From a virus (lineage: Duplodnaviria; Caudoviricetes), in IMG/VR virus record IMGVR_UViG_3300023213_000432, positions 224,001-288,000 of that record: a DNA stretch of 64,000 nt, one strand, 5' to 3'. Positions 46,978-57,331 of the stretch are shown here, piece by piece (positions within the stretch are counted from its first letter, which is position 1; each line of letters begins with the position of its first letter). Under the pieces are notes generated by a model that was given only the letters and a program-made list of their open reading frames with translations, was not told where the DNA came from and did not search any database. A program made the translations under genes and the position numbers.

Positions 46978-49769
46978 GTTGAAATTGTATCTTTGGTACG
47001 AATGGTTGAAACGCTTAATCCAGCAGACGAAATTGTGCCTGTTGTCTCAAATGGAACTATATTGTATTGATCTCCAGATAGATTATGTCTCACACGAACC
47101 AAGACAGGGTTATTGCTGAGATAAACTGTGCTGGTTGCCGTCGAACTGGGGGAAGCATCTGTTCCTGTTGTTTCAATAACATCAATAATCGGAACATACC
47201 AAGTTTCTGTTCCAGCCGTTGCAACAGGTAATGTATTTAATTCAAAACTATCTCCACTAACTGTACCAGCCATGGTTGTTACGTTAATCTGAGTTTGACT
47301 TACAACTGACGTTACATAGCCCACCGCAGCATGCGTGAGGTTACGAACAACATCACCAACCAAAATGCCTTGTGTTTGAAAAGTGGCGCCGGTAGCAATA
47401 ATTGTTGTTGAACTGGTGCCAGCTGTTGCCGTTAATCCAGTATAACTTGCTAATGTAAATGTGGAAGCTGACCAGCTTGAAAATCTTGTACGATACTCAG
47501 CATTTCCTTGTACAAGACGTAAGGCGCCACCAGCTGAACGGCCCGCTGTATCTTGAGTAATAGCCGTTGAAACGACTACTGTGGTTGCTCCAATGCTTTG
47601 AGATGTAGCTGTGTATTGGCTTTTATTAATAAGGCCGCCACTGGTTAAGAAAACTACAACTGCATCTCCTGTACGACAATTGCTAACTGTAGTTGTAACA
47701 GATGTAGGCTCTTTAATAGTAACGCCTTGATCACTAACTAAACTGAACTTATTTGTATCACTAGTAAGGAAGTTTTGGAGAACAACACCTGGAGCACAGA
47801 ACCAAGTACCGCCTGCGAAAGTCCCAAAAGGCGCTGCGTGAATTGGTGTAATAGCAGTTGATGTGGGGCTGGTTACAAAATTGCTACTATCTTTGAGAAT
47901 ATTATCTGTATTATTAAAAGTACCAACATGATTTCTTAAAATCAAATATTTAGAGGCGCCGCCAGCGGGGGAAATATTATTAGCAACCACCGTTCCTACT
48001 GCGCCCGAATTGGTTTGAAATACTACATCACCAACATTTATAGTACCAGTAATGGTTGAGTAATTAATACGATAATCTTCTCCAATATAAGATTCGCCCG
48101 TGATACCATTTAGAGTGGAGGTGGCTCCAAACCGGGTCAAGTATTTAGTTTCTTCGTAAGCTTGTGCAACAGAGACCGTGCTTTGTAAATTAATGACAAT
48201 AGAATAGTTTTCGTTGGTTCCAGATTGATCAATGTCAAAAGTGGAATTGGCTCCAAAAGTAATTGTAAGTGTAGAACTTGGTGAGGTAGCTGGGCCTACG
48301 TTACTTGGTGCTCCTGCTGTACAAGTCGCGCCGCTAGTGTTACCTTTGATTGTGTTAGTATTAACAAAATCAGTTAATAAACCCGTACTTGGCGCTTCAA
48401 TTATATAGTAATCAAGGATAGGGGCAGCAGTAGTGCCAGCCACTTTTGTAACGATACCTGCTGCAGTAGCTGCACTTTCTGCGCCGCTGCTTGGAGTAAA
48501 AATAATTTCACCAATCACGAACGTACCAACTCCAGATGATCCCGTAAATTCTCGATAACCTGTAGTGTTGTTGATATCGGCACCAGTAGCCAGTGGAAGC
48601 GGATTTCTACCACCAGAGGCAACTGAAAGTGAGTAATCTGAATAAGTTGTAGTATATTGTCTAGCAAAAACTGTAGCATAGCCGCCTGATGTATCTGCAG
48701 TTGGCATTGCGCCAGCAGGTGTTACCGAACCCGTATCAATCCAAGTAGTAGTGCCAGCCAAAATTTGTTGCATAAAAAGTTCAGCACCCGTGGAACGTCC
48801 ATATACACGATAGCCAGTAGCTCCAGTAACAGTGCCCCAGTTAACAGTTACAGTTTGTGTGCTTGTTCCACCTGCAATAGCAATGCTTGTTTCGGTACTA
48901 GGTAAAGTTTCTCCTTGAGCATTGTAAGCAGTAACACGGTAATAATAGGTTCCGTTAGAAAGAGAACCGCCTGTAGTAGCTGTTGAGAAGGCACTATTGA
49001 CGGGAGCACGCAAACCGTCAATAAAAATATTAAGTTCTTTGGTCGGTAAAAGAACGTCAATCTGTCCATCACTCCACCAATCAATTGATGAGGTTTTGTA
49101 AGATACAACGCGCGAACCATTCTGATATAGATAAAGGTGAGTTCCTGGTGTAACAATTGTACCTAGTGAATAAACGTTAGCCCATAAACTATCACCAGTT
49201 ACGGCTGGACCTGATTGTGTAACAGAGCCCGTTCCGCTAGTAACAGTAACTGTTCCGCTAGAACCAGACCAATCATTTCCAGATGCATTGCTGGCTGGAC
49301 GAATCCACATATACATTATAGAGCCAGTACTATTAAAATCTAGTAATGTTCCAGTTGAGGCGCTAGTGCCGTTGGTAACGGTTTTACCGATATCGCTGGT
49401 CACAAATTGTGTTCCAATAGTATAAGGAACGCGTACAATACCCGTAGCAGTTCCAGTAGTGCGTGTCCAACCGCTTGTGGTGATAGCGCCACCAGTAAGA
49501 TGTTCAACACTAGTACGGTCAATAAACCAGGGATCTTTGTTGGTATCAGATGAGTCGATAGTGCCAATAGTATATTGCGTGGGCGTCTGGGCGCTCATTA
49601 CATCGCCTTCAGCCATCTGAGTAACGTCGTCCATCAAGTCAGATAGAGCTGAATATAATTGATTTACCGTATTTGTACCGGTTGCACTTCCAGCCCATAC
49701 TACTCTTTTTTGTCTGTTTTCAGATAAATAGAAAACTGTCCAATTTCCACTAAGTATTGTACTAGACAT
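46974..49769 (-). CDS. Large S/T/G-rich beta protein (tail/virion-associated) with an FN3-like module
   Basis: 931 aa; module GTYYYRVTAYNAQGET...VNWGTVTGATGYRVYGR at about 48684-49013. Confidence 0.7.
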   Translation of the reverse strand: MSSTILSGNWTVFYLSENRQKRVVWAGSATGTNTVNQLYSALSDLMDDVTQMAEGDVMSAQTPTQYTIGTIDSSDTNKDPWFIDRTSVEHLTGGAITTSGWTRTTGTATGIVRVPYTIGTQFVTSDIGKTVTNGTSASTGTLLDFNSTGSIMYMWIRPASNASGNDWSGSSGTVTVTSGTGSVTQSGPAVTGDSLWANVYSLGTIVTPGTHLYLYQNGSRVVSYKTSSIDWWSDGQIDVLLPTKELNIFIDGLRAPVNSAFSTATTGGSLSNGTYYYRVTAYNAQGETLPSTETSIAIAGGTSTQTVTVNWGTVTGATGYRVYGRSTGAELFMQQILAGTTTWIDTGSVTPAGAMPTADTSGGYATVFARQYTTTYSDYSLSVASGGRNPLPLATGADINNTTGYREFTGSSGVGTFVIGEIIFTPSSGAESAATAAGIVTKVAGTTAAPILDYYIIEAPSTGLLTDFVNTNTIKGNTSGATCTAGAPSNVGPATSPSSTLTITFGANSTFDIDQSGTNENYSIVINLQSTVSVAQAYEETKYLTRFGATSTLNGITGESYIGEDYRINYSTITGTINVGDVVFQTNSGAVGTVVANNISPAGGASKYLILRNHVGTFNNTDNILKDSSNFVTSPTSTAITPIHAAPFGTFAGGTWFCAPGVVLQNFLTSDTNKFSLVSDQGVTIKEPTSVTTTVSNCRTGDAVVVFLTSGGLINKSQYTATSQSIGATTVVVSTAITQDTAGRSAGGALRLVQGNAEYRTRFSSWSASTFTLASYTGLTATAGTSSTTIIATGATFQTQGILVGDVVRNLTHAAVGYVTSVVSQTQINVTTMAGTVSGDSFELNTLPVATAGTETWYVPIIDVIETTGTDASPSSTATSTVYLSNNPVLVRVRHNLSGDQYNIVPFETTGTISSAGLSVSTIRTKDTIST

Positions 49770-49803
49770 TGATTCCTCTAATTAAATAGCTTATTATTAC
49801 ATA

Positions 49804-49845
49804 TTATTAATACCTGGCATTAAATTATTAATACCTGGCATTAAA
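49804..49845. repeat. Perfect 21-bp tandem duplication
   Basis: TTATTAATACCTGGCATTAAA twice (49804-49824, 49825-49845). Confidence 0.95.
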
Positions 49846-52183
49846 GTGGCGAAGTACTAGCCACCGTATCTTGTATTAGAGTGAAAAGAGTTGTATATCC
49901 AGAAGAAGTAATTACGCCGCTACTGTCTAATGGAATATATCTTACAGTGCCTGTTGTATTTGAGGATGGCAGAGCGCCAGATGGCGTTATGGAACCGGTA
50001 TCTGTATATGATGTAGATCCTATTACATTGGCTATCTTAAGTTCCCCACCAGTTGTTCGACCATATACATTATAGCTGGCAGCATCCGTTACACCATTCC
50101 AGTTAATAGTTATTGTATTAGTGCTTGTACCAGTTGCCGTAAGTGTAGACATTTCAGTGGATGCTAAGGTTTCTCCAAGATCGTTAAGGGCAGAAATGCG
50201 ATAGTAATAAGTAGTATTACCTAGTAATGAACCGCCTGTAGAAGCAGTACTGAATGAAGAAATAGATGGAGTAGAAAGAAATGGCGTCTCTGCACGAACC
50301 CTAATCACAATATTTTGATTACCTAAATATTGGTAAGAACTAGTAACCACGCCACTTGAATTAGTTAGTCCGCTAAGTAATTCAGAGCCAGCAACAATAT
50401 TAGTAGATTTGTAAATTGCAACGCGTGCATTTTGGATGGCAGCACCAACACTATTTTGTACGGTAACGGTAAGTGTAACTGAATTATTGATGGTAGTTGT
50501 CCCACCATTTGTATTAATAAAGGTAGAAACGTTCGTGCCATTGGTAGCATTTATAGTAATTGCTCCTGTAGAAGAATTTTCAATATCATATATGTTGCCG
50601 GAAAATTGTAAATTACTAAATGTGTATGTACCAGCAACAGTAATTTTAATAGCCCTATTACAGTTAATAAAATTACAATTTGTAACAGCAGTAGCATCAG
50701 AAGTGGCATTGAAAATCATTGCATAAGTACCACTAACTGGTGCTTGTTGTTGAACGTTGGTAAAAGTACATTTATTTACAGTGGCGCCAGTGGGCGTTAA
50801 TGCTCCAGAACTAGAGATAGTGCAAGATTGCATAGCGCAAGAACTATTCAGAGTTCCAGAACTCATTTGAGAAAGGGTACATCCATAAAGATTAGTAACA
50901 GTATTGGCAGCTCCAGCACTTAATGTCCAAGCGCTTGATATTGTAGTATCTGCTATAGGTACTGGTCTGCCCAATGATGAATCAGCAATAGAATCTGTAT
51001 ATGTAGTGGTGGTGTTGTCAGCAATAGTTGCAACAAATAATTCAGTTCCAGATGTTCCTCCTACTTTAGTTCGATAAATATTACGGGCAGTAACACGACT
51101 AGTAGCAGTATAAGTTGGAATAGAGGTTAGTGAAATGCTTTGATTGCCAGTAGTTGTAGTAATGGTGGCGGATTCAGTTCCTCCATTGGTTTCTCCTACA
51201 CTAGTCACAAAAGTCACTTTATAAAGATAATTGCCCACGCCTAAATTAGAACCAACAGCCGCAGTTCCACTTGGGGCAGATGAGGGAGCACCAATACCAA
51301 TATTGACAGCTCCGCTAACAGTACAGCCTCCGCTGGCTATACTGTTACTAAAAGTTCCTAATTGAAAAGTAGTAGTAAAACTTGCAGCTCCCGCTGTGAC
51401 AAGAGCATAAAAACTATTAGCCACTAGAAAAGGTTGAAAAATGAATACTTGATTGCTATCTTGAAAATAAGTAATGGCGGATTGGGCAGCAGTTCCAAAA
51501 TTAAGTTTTCCAGCGCCTAAATAAACTCCACTCGCTTTAGTCACAACTCCATAAGCATTGGTGGTAGAAGAATCGGCATTATAAATATCAATAAAACCAA
51601 CTGGAGCAGCAGCAGTACCATTATTGATAGTTAGGCCAGTTCCGAATTTAATTAAATCTATAGCACAGTTGTGTGGTTTGAAGCTACCCGCTCCAACAGT
51701 ACCAGTTATGTCAAAACCAACACCATAATTTTTAACGGAGGTCAAAGTAAGTGTGCCCTGTGACACATCAGCAGTAGATTGTGGGTCTATAACATAACAA
51801 GACCATCCCTCAACCGCACCAAAATCTCTACCATCAACATACCAAGTTTTACCATTGCTAACATTGTTGGTGGTTAATGTCGGCGTAGCATCTGATGTAA
51901 TTCCAAGACGTATTCCACCATTGACTCTTGTTGCGGTGACTGGCCAAGTAATATCTTTGACCCACATAAATACGTGATTACCAGTCGTCATATCATTACC
52001 AGTAGTGGAAGCGAGCCCCCAAAGTATTGCAGCTGAAATACGTCCGGCAATACAGGCGGTTCCTTGCACAAACATGTCTACATCTGCGACCGCAGCCGTA
52101 GACCAAGCAGTAGGGAAAGTCCAGCCCGTAGTAGTGTCAGCATTATTTACTGTAGTAAAATCTGTAGTGATAGTTCCTGGCAT
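49841..52183 (-). CDS. Large S/T/G-rich protein (tail/virion-associated; beta-helix-like segment) with two FN3-like modules
   Basis: 780 aa; modules YLYKVTFVTSVGET...RNIYRT..TYTDS and YYYRISALNDLGET...INWNGV..YNVYGR..SYTDTG. Confidence 0.7.
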   Translation of the reverse strand: MPGTITTDFTTVNNADTTTGWTFPTAWSTAAVADVDMFVQGTACIAGRISAAILWGLASTTGNDMTTGNHVFMWVKDITWPVTATRVNGGIRLGITSDATPTLTTNNVSNGKTWYVDGRDFGAVEGWSCYVIDPQSTADVSQGTLTLTSVKNYGVGFDITGTVGAGSFKPHNCAIDLIKFGTGLTINNGTAAAPVGFIDIYNADSSTTNAYGVVTKASGVYLGAGKLNFGTAAQSAITYFQDSNQVFIFQPFLVANSFYALVTAGAASFTTTFQLGTFSNSIASGGCTVSGAVNIGIGAPSSAPSGTAAVGSNLGVGNYLYKVTFVTSVGETNGGTESATITTTTGNQSISLTSIPTYTATSRVTARNIYRTKVGGTSGTELFVATIADNTTTTYTDSIADSSLGRPVPIADTTISSAWTLSAGAANTVTNLYGCTLSQMSSGTLNSSCAMQSCTISSSGALTPTGATVNKCTFTNVQQQAPVSGTYAMIFNATSDATAVTNCNFINCNRAIKITVAGTYTFSNLQFSGNIYDIENSSTGAITINATNGTNVSTFINTNGGTTTINNSVTLTVTVQNSVGAAIQNARVAIYKSTNIVAGSELLSGLTNSSGVVTSSYQYLGNQNIVIRVRAETPFLSTPSISSFSTASTGGSLLGNTTYYYRISALNDLGETLASTEMSTLTATGTSTNTITINWNGVTDAASYNVYGRTTGGELKIANVIGSTSYTDTGSITPSGALPSSNTTGTVRYIPLDSSGVITSSGYTTLFTLIQDTVASTSPL

Positions 52184-52194
52184 TTATGTGACCA

Positions 52195-52908
52195 TTAATT
52201 ATAGAAAATCGTTGTTCTATTATCCCATATCGCTGTAGTATTAGACCATAAAACTTGTTGTGGATTACCTGAAGCATCAAATGTGACTTTTTTAATAGTC
52301 CATGCGGCAGCGCTTGTAAGAGTACCTGAAGGTGCAGTTCCTATATAATTGACTGTTGTACTACTCATATCATACTCTATTTTAATTTGTGGAACGGTAG
52401 TGTTTGCTAGTAGTATATTATTAGCATCAACTTGAATATTTCCATAAGTTCCATCAGGTCTAGATCCGTCTATTATGGAACGTGTTACTTCTATCCCTTC
52501 AGTATTATCTATAGTTTGATTTAAAAAGCGTGTTAATCTAGCTCCTGATACACGATGATAAATGGTTGTTAATCTAAATGCTGTCTGTGGAGTATTACCA
52601 TTTACATATCTAACTCTAAAATAAGGAAGTATAACACGTAAATATTGTGGAACTATGTTAGGGCCAATTAAAGAGGCGCCGCTAACCCACACACTAACAT
52701 CCCAATTAATTTCGTCTGGGCTAAATTCAAAATAAAAATTACCAGCAGCATTATTAGGACTTCCAGCTATATTTATACTAATTTCTTCAAAAGAAGTAAC
52801 GTCTTCAACATTTCCAACAAAAGAAGCGCCGGCAACTAATGGAATAGTTGTAGAATTACCTTTGCTAACAAGGATACCAGTATTAAAAAGTTGTGACATT
52901 AATTTCAA
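52195..52908 (-). CDS. Hypothetical virion-type protein
   Basis: 237 aa; FRVRYVNG..PQT.FRL; C-terminal YIGTAPSG...AWTIKK. Confidence 0.65.
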   Translation of the reverse strand: MKLMSQLFNTGILVSKGNSTTIPLVAGASFVGNVEDVTSFEEISINIAGSPNNAAGNFYFEFSPDEINWDVSVWVSGASLIGPNIVPQYLRVILPYFRVRYVNGNTPQTAFRLTTIYHRVSGARLTRFLNQTIDNTEGIEVTRSIIDGSRPDGTYGNIQVDANNILLANTTVPQIKIEYDMSSTTVNYIGTAPSGTLTSAAAWTIKKVTFDASGNPQQVLWSNTTAIWDNRTTIFYN

Positions 52909-52920
52909 GCCCCATAGTTT

Positions 52921-53289
52921 TCAAGTTAATTCTGTAATGCGAGCAGCTCCATTCGTTTCAGTGACGCTCCAAATGCCTCTAATTTGTCCGGTGTATCCGA
53001 ATGGAATTTCGAATAATCCAGCAGCACCAATCAAAACACTAAAATTAGTAGTCGAAACTGTAGAAGAAGTTAAACCTATTTTGAGAGTTGCAGATGATGT
53101 ATCATTATAAATAAATACACCCCTTCTATTAGAGTTAGATGCTAAAAGCAATATATCAGAATTAACTGCGCTAACTGATGTTATTGTTCCGGTAGAAGAT
53201 ACACTAGTAGTATTTAATGCACTATTAATAACTGTAACTGCATTACCGCTGGAATCATATAGAATGGCTGCAGGAGACTCGTTACCCAT
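52921..53289 (-). CDS. Hypothetical virion-type protein
   Basis: 122 aa; NSNRRGVFIYND..ATLKIG. Confidence 0.65.
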   Translation of the reverse strand: MGNESPAAILYDSSGNAVTVINSALNTTSVSSTGTITSVSAVNSDILLLASNSNRRGVFIYNDTSSATLKIGLTSSTVSTTNFSVLIGAAGLFEIPFGYTGQIRGIWSVTETNGAARITELT

Positions 53290-53295
53290 GTGTCC

Positions 53296-53940
53296 TCAAC
53301 TTATTGTCCTGGTTCTAGTTGATTCAAAACCAGAACTATAAACTATAGTGTCAGTTACTGAATGCACTATAGTAACACCATCAAAATTGTACATATTCCA
53401 AACAATGGTAATTGGAAAATTATTAGAATTGTAAGTGATTAATTTTTCAATCAGCTTTTTGCTTTTTGTTGCATCTATGTACCATATCATAGATGCAGGA
53501 AATGCACTTCTTATTGGCAAAGTTTCTTTGTAAGCACCACTTGCAAAACCATCTCCAGGGCCCTCATCCACAAAATGAATTAATTGTTTTAACGTTTCAT
53601 GATCTGTAGCTGAGATACCATTGAGGCTGAACGTGTCCAAACCGTTGATAATTCCGGCTCCTTGCAGAAAATTCTTTTGTGATGTATTAAATTGAAGCAA
53701 ATCAACATCACTTGATAAAACTATAATATCTTTTGCCAATATTTTATGTTGTAATTCACCCTTTAAGAGGGAGGCACGAATATCAGCTTCACTTACTCCA
53801 GGAATTTGCAACAAATCACGTGTTTGTCCATATGGAATAGGATAGTTAAAAATCTTAATGGTCTTAATTTGAGGTGAAGTGTTTTGGACTACAAATGTTC
53901 CATTCTTTTTAGAAAATAGTGCAAAATCGTTCATACCCAT
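53296..53940 (-). CDS. Hypothetical protein
   Basis: 214-aa ORF. Confidence 0.7.
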   Translation of the reverse strand: MGMNDFALFSKKNGTFVVQNTSPQIKTIKIFNYPIPYGQTRDLLQIPGVSEADIRASLLKGELQHKILAKDIIVLSSDVDLLQFNTSQKNFLQGAGIINGLDTFSLNGISATDHETLKQLIHFVDEGPGDGFASGAYKETLPIRSAFPASMIWYIDATKSKKLIEKLITYNSNNFPITIVWNMYNFDGVTIVHSVTDTIVYSSGFESTRTRTIS

Positions 53941-53943
53941 GGG

Positions 53944-54654
53944 TTAGCTTCCTTGTTTATGAAATCGATCTCGTACTGTAATCGTAATAGTGCGTTCAAT
54001 GTCTGGATTATCTGCGCTAGCATGGCAACCATCAAACAATTTATCCATTAGTGTGTCATAACTCTGTCTAGCAACATCAGATTTGGTGATTTTCAAAGAC
54101 TGTTTAATATCTTTATAAATTAAATTTTCATCTTTGGACAATATAGTTTTCTTCAAATCAGATTCACTCATGCTAACTAGTTGATCATATCCTAAACGAT
54201 ACCTAACATTAAGTAATTCTTCTAAATAATCAAAGCTACCTAATCCTGGCTGATTGGATACAAAGCCTTCATCATTGATACCGGTGCGTAGTCCGCTATC
54301 TATTGCAGTTAATAATACGCGCGCATTACTATCTTGCCATTCATGTTCTTTACCATAACTTTGTTTGATTCCGTTAAGTACATTTCGTAATTTAATAAAA
54401 TTCTTGATTCTCTGAGAAAGACTTTCTGAAATAAAAGCTTCACTACGACTGTAATTTTGTAGTCCCCTTCGTGGATTAAATTCAGTTTCTTGATCGATGC
54501 GTCGAGTATCAAAAGCAGCTTTGACAAATTTTGTATTCAAAGATATGGAAGAAAATATTATTTTTCTCAATAATCTGAGTCGTTTTCTAGATTCCACATT
54601 TTGTGAATCTCTAGAAATCAAATTGTATATCTCTAAAGCTTCTAATATGTTCAT
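53944..54654 (-). CDS. Hypothetical protein
   Basis: 236-aa ORF, first gene of the minus-strand cassette. Confidence 0.7.
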   Translation of the reverse strand: MNILEALEIYNLISRDSQNVESRKRLRLLRKIIFSSISLNTKFVKAAFDTRRIDQETEFNPRRGLQNYSRSEAFISESLSQRIKNFIKLRNVLNGIKQSYGKEHEWQDSNARVLLTAIDSGLRTGINDEGFVSNQPGLGSFDYLEELLNVRYRLGYDQLVSMSESDLKKTILSKDENLIYKDIKQSLKITKSDVARQSYDTLMDKLFDGCHASADNPDIERTITITVRDRFHKQGS

Positions 54655-54688
54655 TTTGCTCTAGTATTATGTCTTCTTATTATAATGA

Positions 54689-54730
54689 CCCACGACTGAA
54701 GTCGTAGGCTTCCTTGCTAAAGATCGTGAA
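54689..54730 (-). mobile_element. Orphan IS200/IS605 end (copy of 2043-2085)
   Basis: CCCACGACTGAAGTCGTAGGCTTCCTTGCTAAAGATCGTGAA versus CCCACGATTAAAATCGTGGGCTTCCTTGCTAAGAGATCGTGAA. Confidence 0.75.
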
Positions 54731-54808
54731 ACCATTATCAAATAAAAGGGCTATAATCTAGTATTTATTTTGTGGGAAATTACCAGAAACGTCCAAAAAC
54801 AGAACCAT

Positions 54809-55561
54809 ATGAAACAACAAACCTATAAAAAAATTCTTCATCATCCAGATTTTGATGAAATTATAGCGAAATTTTCCATTGGTATTCATCCCAAAGAAAT
54901 ACATGATTGGTTAGCGGCTAAATATTCTGGAGAAAAACAAATGATTATCTCTGAAAAAGCTCTCAAGTCTTTTCAAGATAATTACTTTGATTTCTACACT
55001 ACTATTCAACAAGATATTGCTTCCACCAAAACTGATCTTGCTATTGGTACTCAAGACGAATTATCTTTGGCGGTACAAAATAATTCTACCTACAAAGAAC
55101 TAATTGTTAAGGCAGCTAGTCAGGAACTTGATTTTCGGAAGCTCATTGTTCAAGTAGCTATGGCTTTGGAAACCCGACTCGGACAAATCTTTGATGAAAT
55201 TCAAGCGGATCCTCGCAACATCAATACTAAAATTGATAGAGTTTTTCTTGATTATTGCGAACGAATGGAAAGCGTCCTCGATAAGTGTCATAAGTTCAAT
55301 GAACCTACCGCCAATACTGTAGTGCAACATAACATGACTATTCAAGTGATGGATCAATATACCTCTGTCTTTATCGATGCTATCAAGAAAGTGCTTTCTC
55401 AAATTGATGTGGAAAGTTCTCTTTTATTTATGGAAATCTTCAATAAAGAATTTTCTAAACTTAAAATGCCAACACCTCAAGATCATCCTACTATGGAAAT
55501 GAAGTTGGCTGAAGTCACTCTCCTCAATGAAACCATTAATAAGAAACTTAATTCCAACTGA
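54809..55561 (+). CDS. Hypothetical protein
   Basis: About 250-aa helical ORF. Confidence 0.7.
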   Translation: MKQQTYKKILHHPDFDEIIAKFSIGIHPKEIHDWLAAKYSGEKQMIISEKALKSFQDNYFDFYTTIQQDIASTKTDLAIGTQDELSLAVQNNSTYKELIVKAASQELDFRKLIVQVAMALETRLGQIFDEIQADPRNINTKIDRVFLDYCERMESVLDKCHKFNEPTANTVVQHNMTIQVMDQYTSVFIDAIKKVLSQIDVESSLLFMEIFNKEFSKLKMPTPQDHPTMEMKLAEVTLLNETINKKLNSN

Positions 55562-55606
55562 TTAATTAGGGTTTCTGACTATTTCGGCATACTAGCGAGA
55601 GTGTCT

Positions 55607-57325
55607 ATGACTATTGATATGCCTAGCAAAGAACAAATATCTGAAGTGGCTCTTCGTCCTTATTCCGACGAAGAAATTGAAGCTGGCTCCAACTTAGAAG
55701 ATAAGATTGAAAACTTGCTCAAGTTTTTTGGAGAAGAGAACATTGATTATGATCGGTTCCTTAATTCAGACAAAATCGCCTATCCTAATTACGATTTTCG
55801 ATCCATTCCCGGACAACACGATACTCGAAAATGGATTCAGACAGTTCGCGACATTTACAATAAAGAGAGTCAAGGCATACCACGTGTCCAAGCCATTCGA
55901 CAAGTCACTGCTAGTTGGCATATAATGGAGACATTTGATTTTCTCAATTGGCTCCGATTTTATGAAGAAGGCGCCCACCTCAAATACAAAGTAGCTCAAT
56001 TGTGGTATGAAACTGGTTCCCCCGGTTACTATTTCCCGGTAAAACATGAACTATCTAAAGAGCCAACAGTCCCGGGACAATCAGGACATGACGTCGGATT
56101 AATTAAAGATACTATTTCCGAAGATGCGGAACGAAAGCGCACCATTGAAAAACAGAGACAAAAACTGATTAGTCGGTTGAATTCTGCAGAGAAATTATTA
56201 TGTTCTCCGGAAGGACAAACATTTGCCGGAAAAGAACTAGAAGTTTTAATGGAAGCTATCTACGCTTTGAAAAAGAAAATTCAACTGATCAATAAAAAGA
56301 GTGCTTCTATTAGGCTTTATGAAGATATGATTGTTCGGGAAGCTAATATGCTTCATAAGCGTGGATTTATCACTGCGGCAGAAACACTGCACACTATAGC
56401 TCAAGATGCATTGCTACAACCTCCTTCTCCTGATGAGCCTGAAAGAGGAACTGGAGCAGCTGGCGGCTTACCATCAATGGGTCCAGGTATGCCCCAAAAT
56501 CCACCAGAGAGCGCACCTAATGAAACCTCAGTCATTCCTAAGTCTCCAGCAATTTCTAAGTTTTTGGAAGGATTAGAGACCAGCAAATTAACTGTGGATG
56601 AAGAAAGCGTCGATGATGAATTAGAAGTGGAAGATATAATGGAAGTAATAGATGCTAACGATTTATTGGTAGAAGCACAGGAAATTACTCCTACACCAGT
56701 TAATCCAGAAACAACTACACCTCTAGGTGAGCCTCCGCCTGTAGCCGAAGAAGAACCATTGGAAGTTATGGAAGAGGAGCTTCCTCCAGAAAAACCTAAA
56801 GCCAAAGATTTTGATCAAATTATCGATGTTGCTTTTGCTAATGTTTCTATAGAAGATGTAGTTAATAAGTTAGAAGATTTATCCAAGATTTACAAAACTC
56901 GAGAAATCCCGCGACAATTAGCTATTGTGGACATGATGTTGGATAGTTTGGGACTAGCTTCTTTCTTCCCGTCTTTATCAGAAGCGTCTAATAAAGCTAT
57001 TGAATCTAATAATTATATCTCTACTCGAATTGAAGACATCATCTCTAAGTTACGCGGAACTATGGAAACACGGGACATTGAACTCGGTAAAAAAGAAAAA
57101 CCTTTATCTCCAGAGATGAAGGCGTTCCGGCAAAACCTCCAAGAGCAAGAAGAGCAAGAAAAGACTCGTAAGCAAATGAAAAAAGAATTAGGAACCAAGG
57201 ATATGGCTCCTGCTGCCGTCCCTCAAATAGAAATCGGAGAAGAACTTGGCAAGGCAGCACCTGTTTTGATACCGGCTCCAGCAGGGTCTCCTATAGCTCC
57301 AACATTGCTTCCTCCACCAGCATGA
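55607..57325 (+). CDS. Hypothetical protein (acidic/Pro-rich; possible head protein)
   Basis: About 572 aa in the packaging cluster. Confidence 0.7.
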   Translation: MTIDMPSKEQISEVALRPYSDEEIEAGSNLEDKIENLLKFFGEENIDYDRFLNSDKIAYPNYDFRSIPGQHDTRKWIQTVRDIYNKESQGIPRVQAIRQVTASWHIMETFDFLNWLRFYEEGAHLKYKVAQLWYETGSPGYYFPVKHELSKEPTVPGQSGHDVGLIKDTISEDAERKRTIEKQRQKLISRLNSAEKLLCSPEGQTFAGKELEVLMEAIYALKKKIQLINKKSASIRLYEDMIVREANMLHKRGFITAAETLHTIAQDALLQPPSPDEPERGTGAAGGLPSMGPGMPQNPPESAPNETSVIPKSPAISKFLEGLETSKLTVDEESVDDELEVEDIMEVIDANDLLVEAQEITPTPVNPETTTPLGEPPPVAEEEPLEVMEEELPPEKPKAKDFDQIIDVAFANVSIEDVVNKLEDLSKIYKTREIPRQLAIVDMMLDSLGLASFFPSLSEASNKAIESNNYISTRIEDIISKLRGTMETRDIELGKKEKPLSPEMKAFRQNLQEQEEQEKTRKQMKKELGTKDMAPAAVPQIEIGEELGKAAPVLIPAPAGSPIAPTLLPPPA

Positions 57326-57331
57326 TGCCGC

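Noticed and set aside
46374-54654. Diversity-generating retroelement acting on tail genes
   Set aside because: No reverse transcriptase and no TR/VR pair differing only at adenines was seen; the repeated modules diverge at all bases.
33732-56805. Long antisense ORFs (for example 33732-34169, 36615-37199, 56401-56805)
   Set aside because: Shadow frames of well-supported + strand genes with no recognisable motifs.
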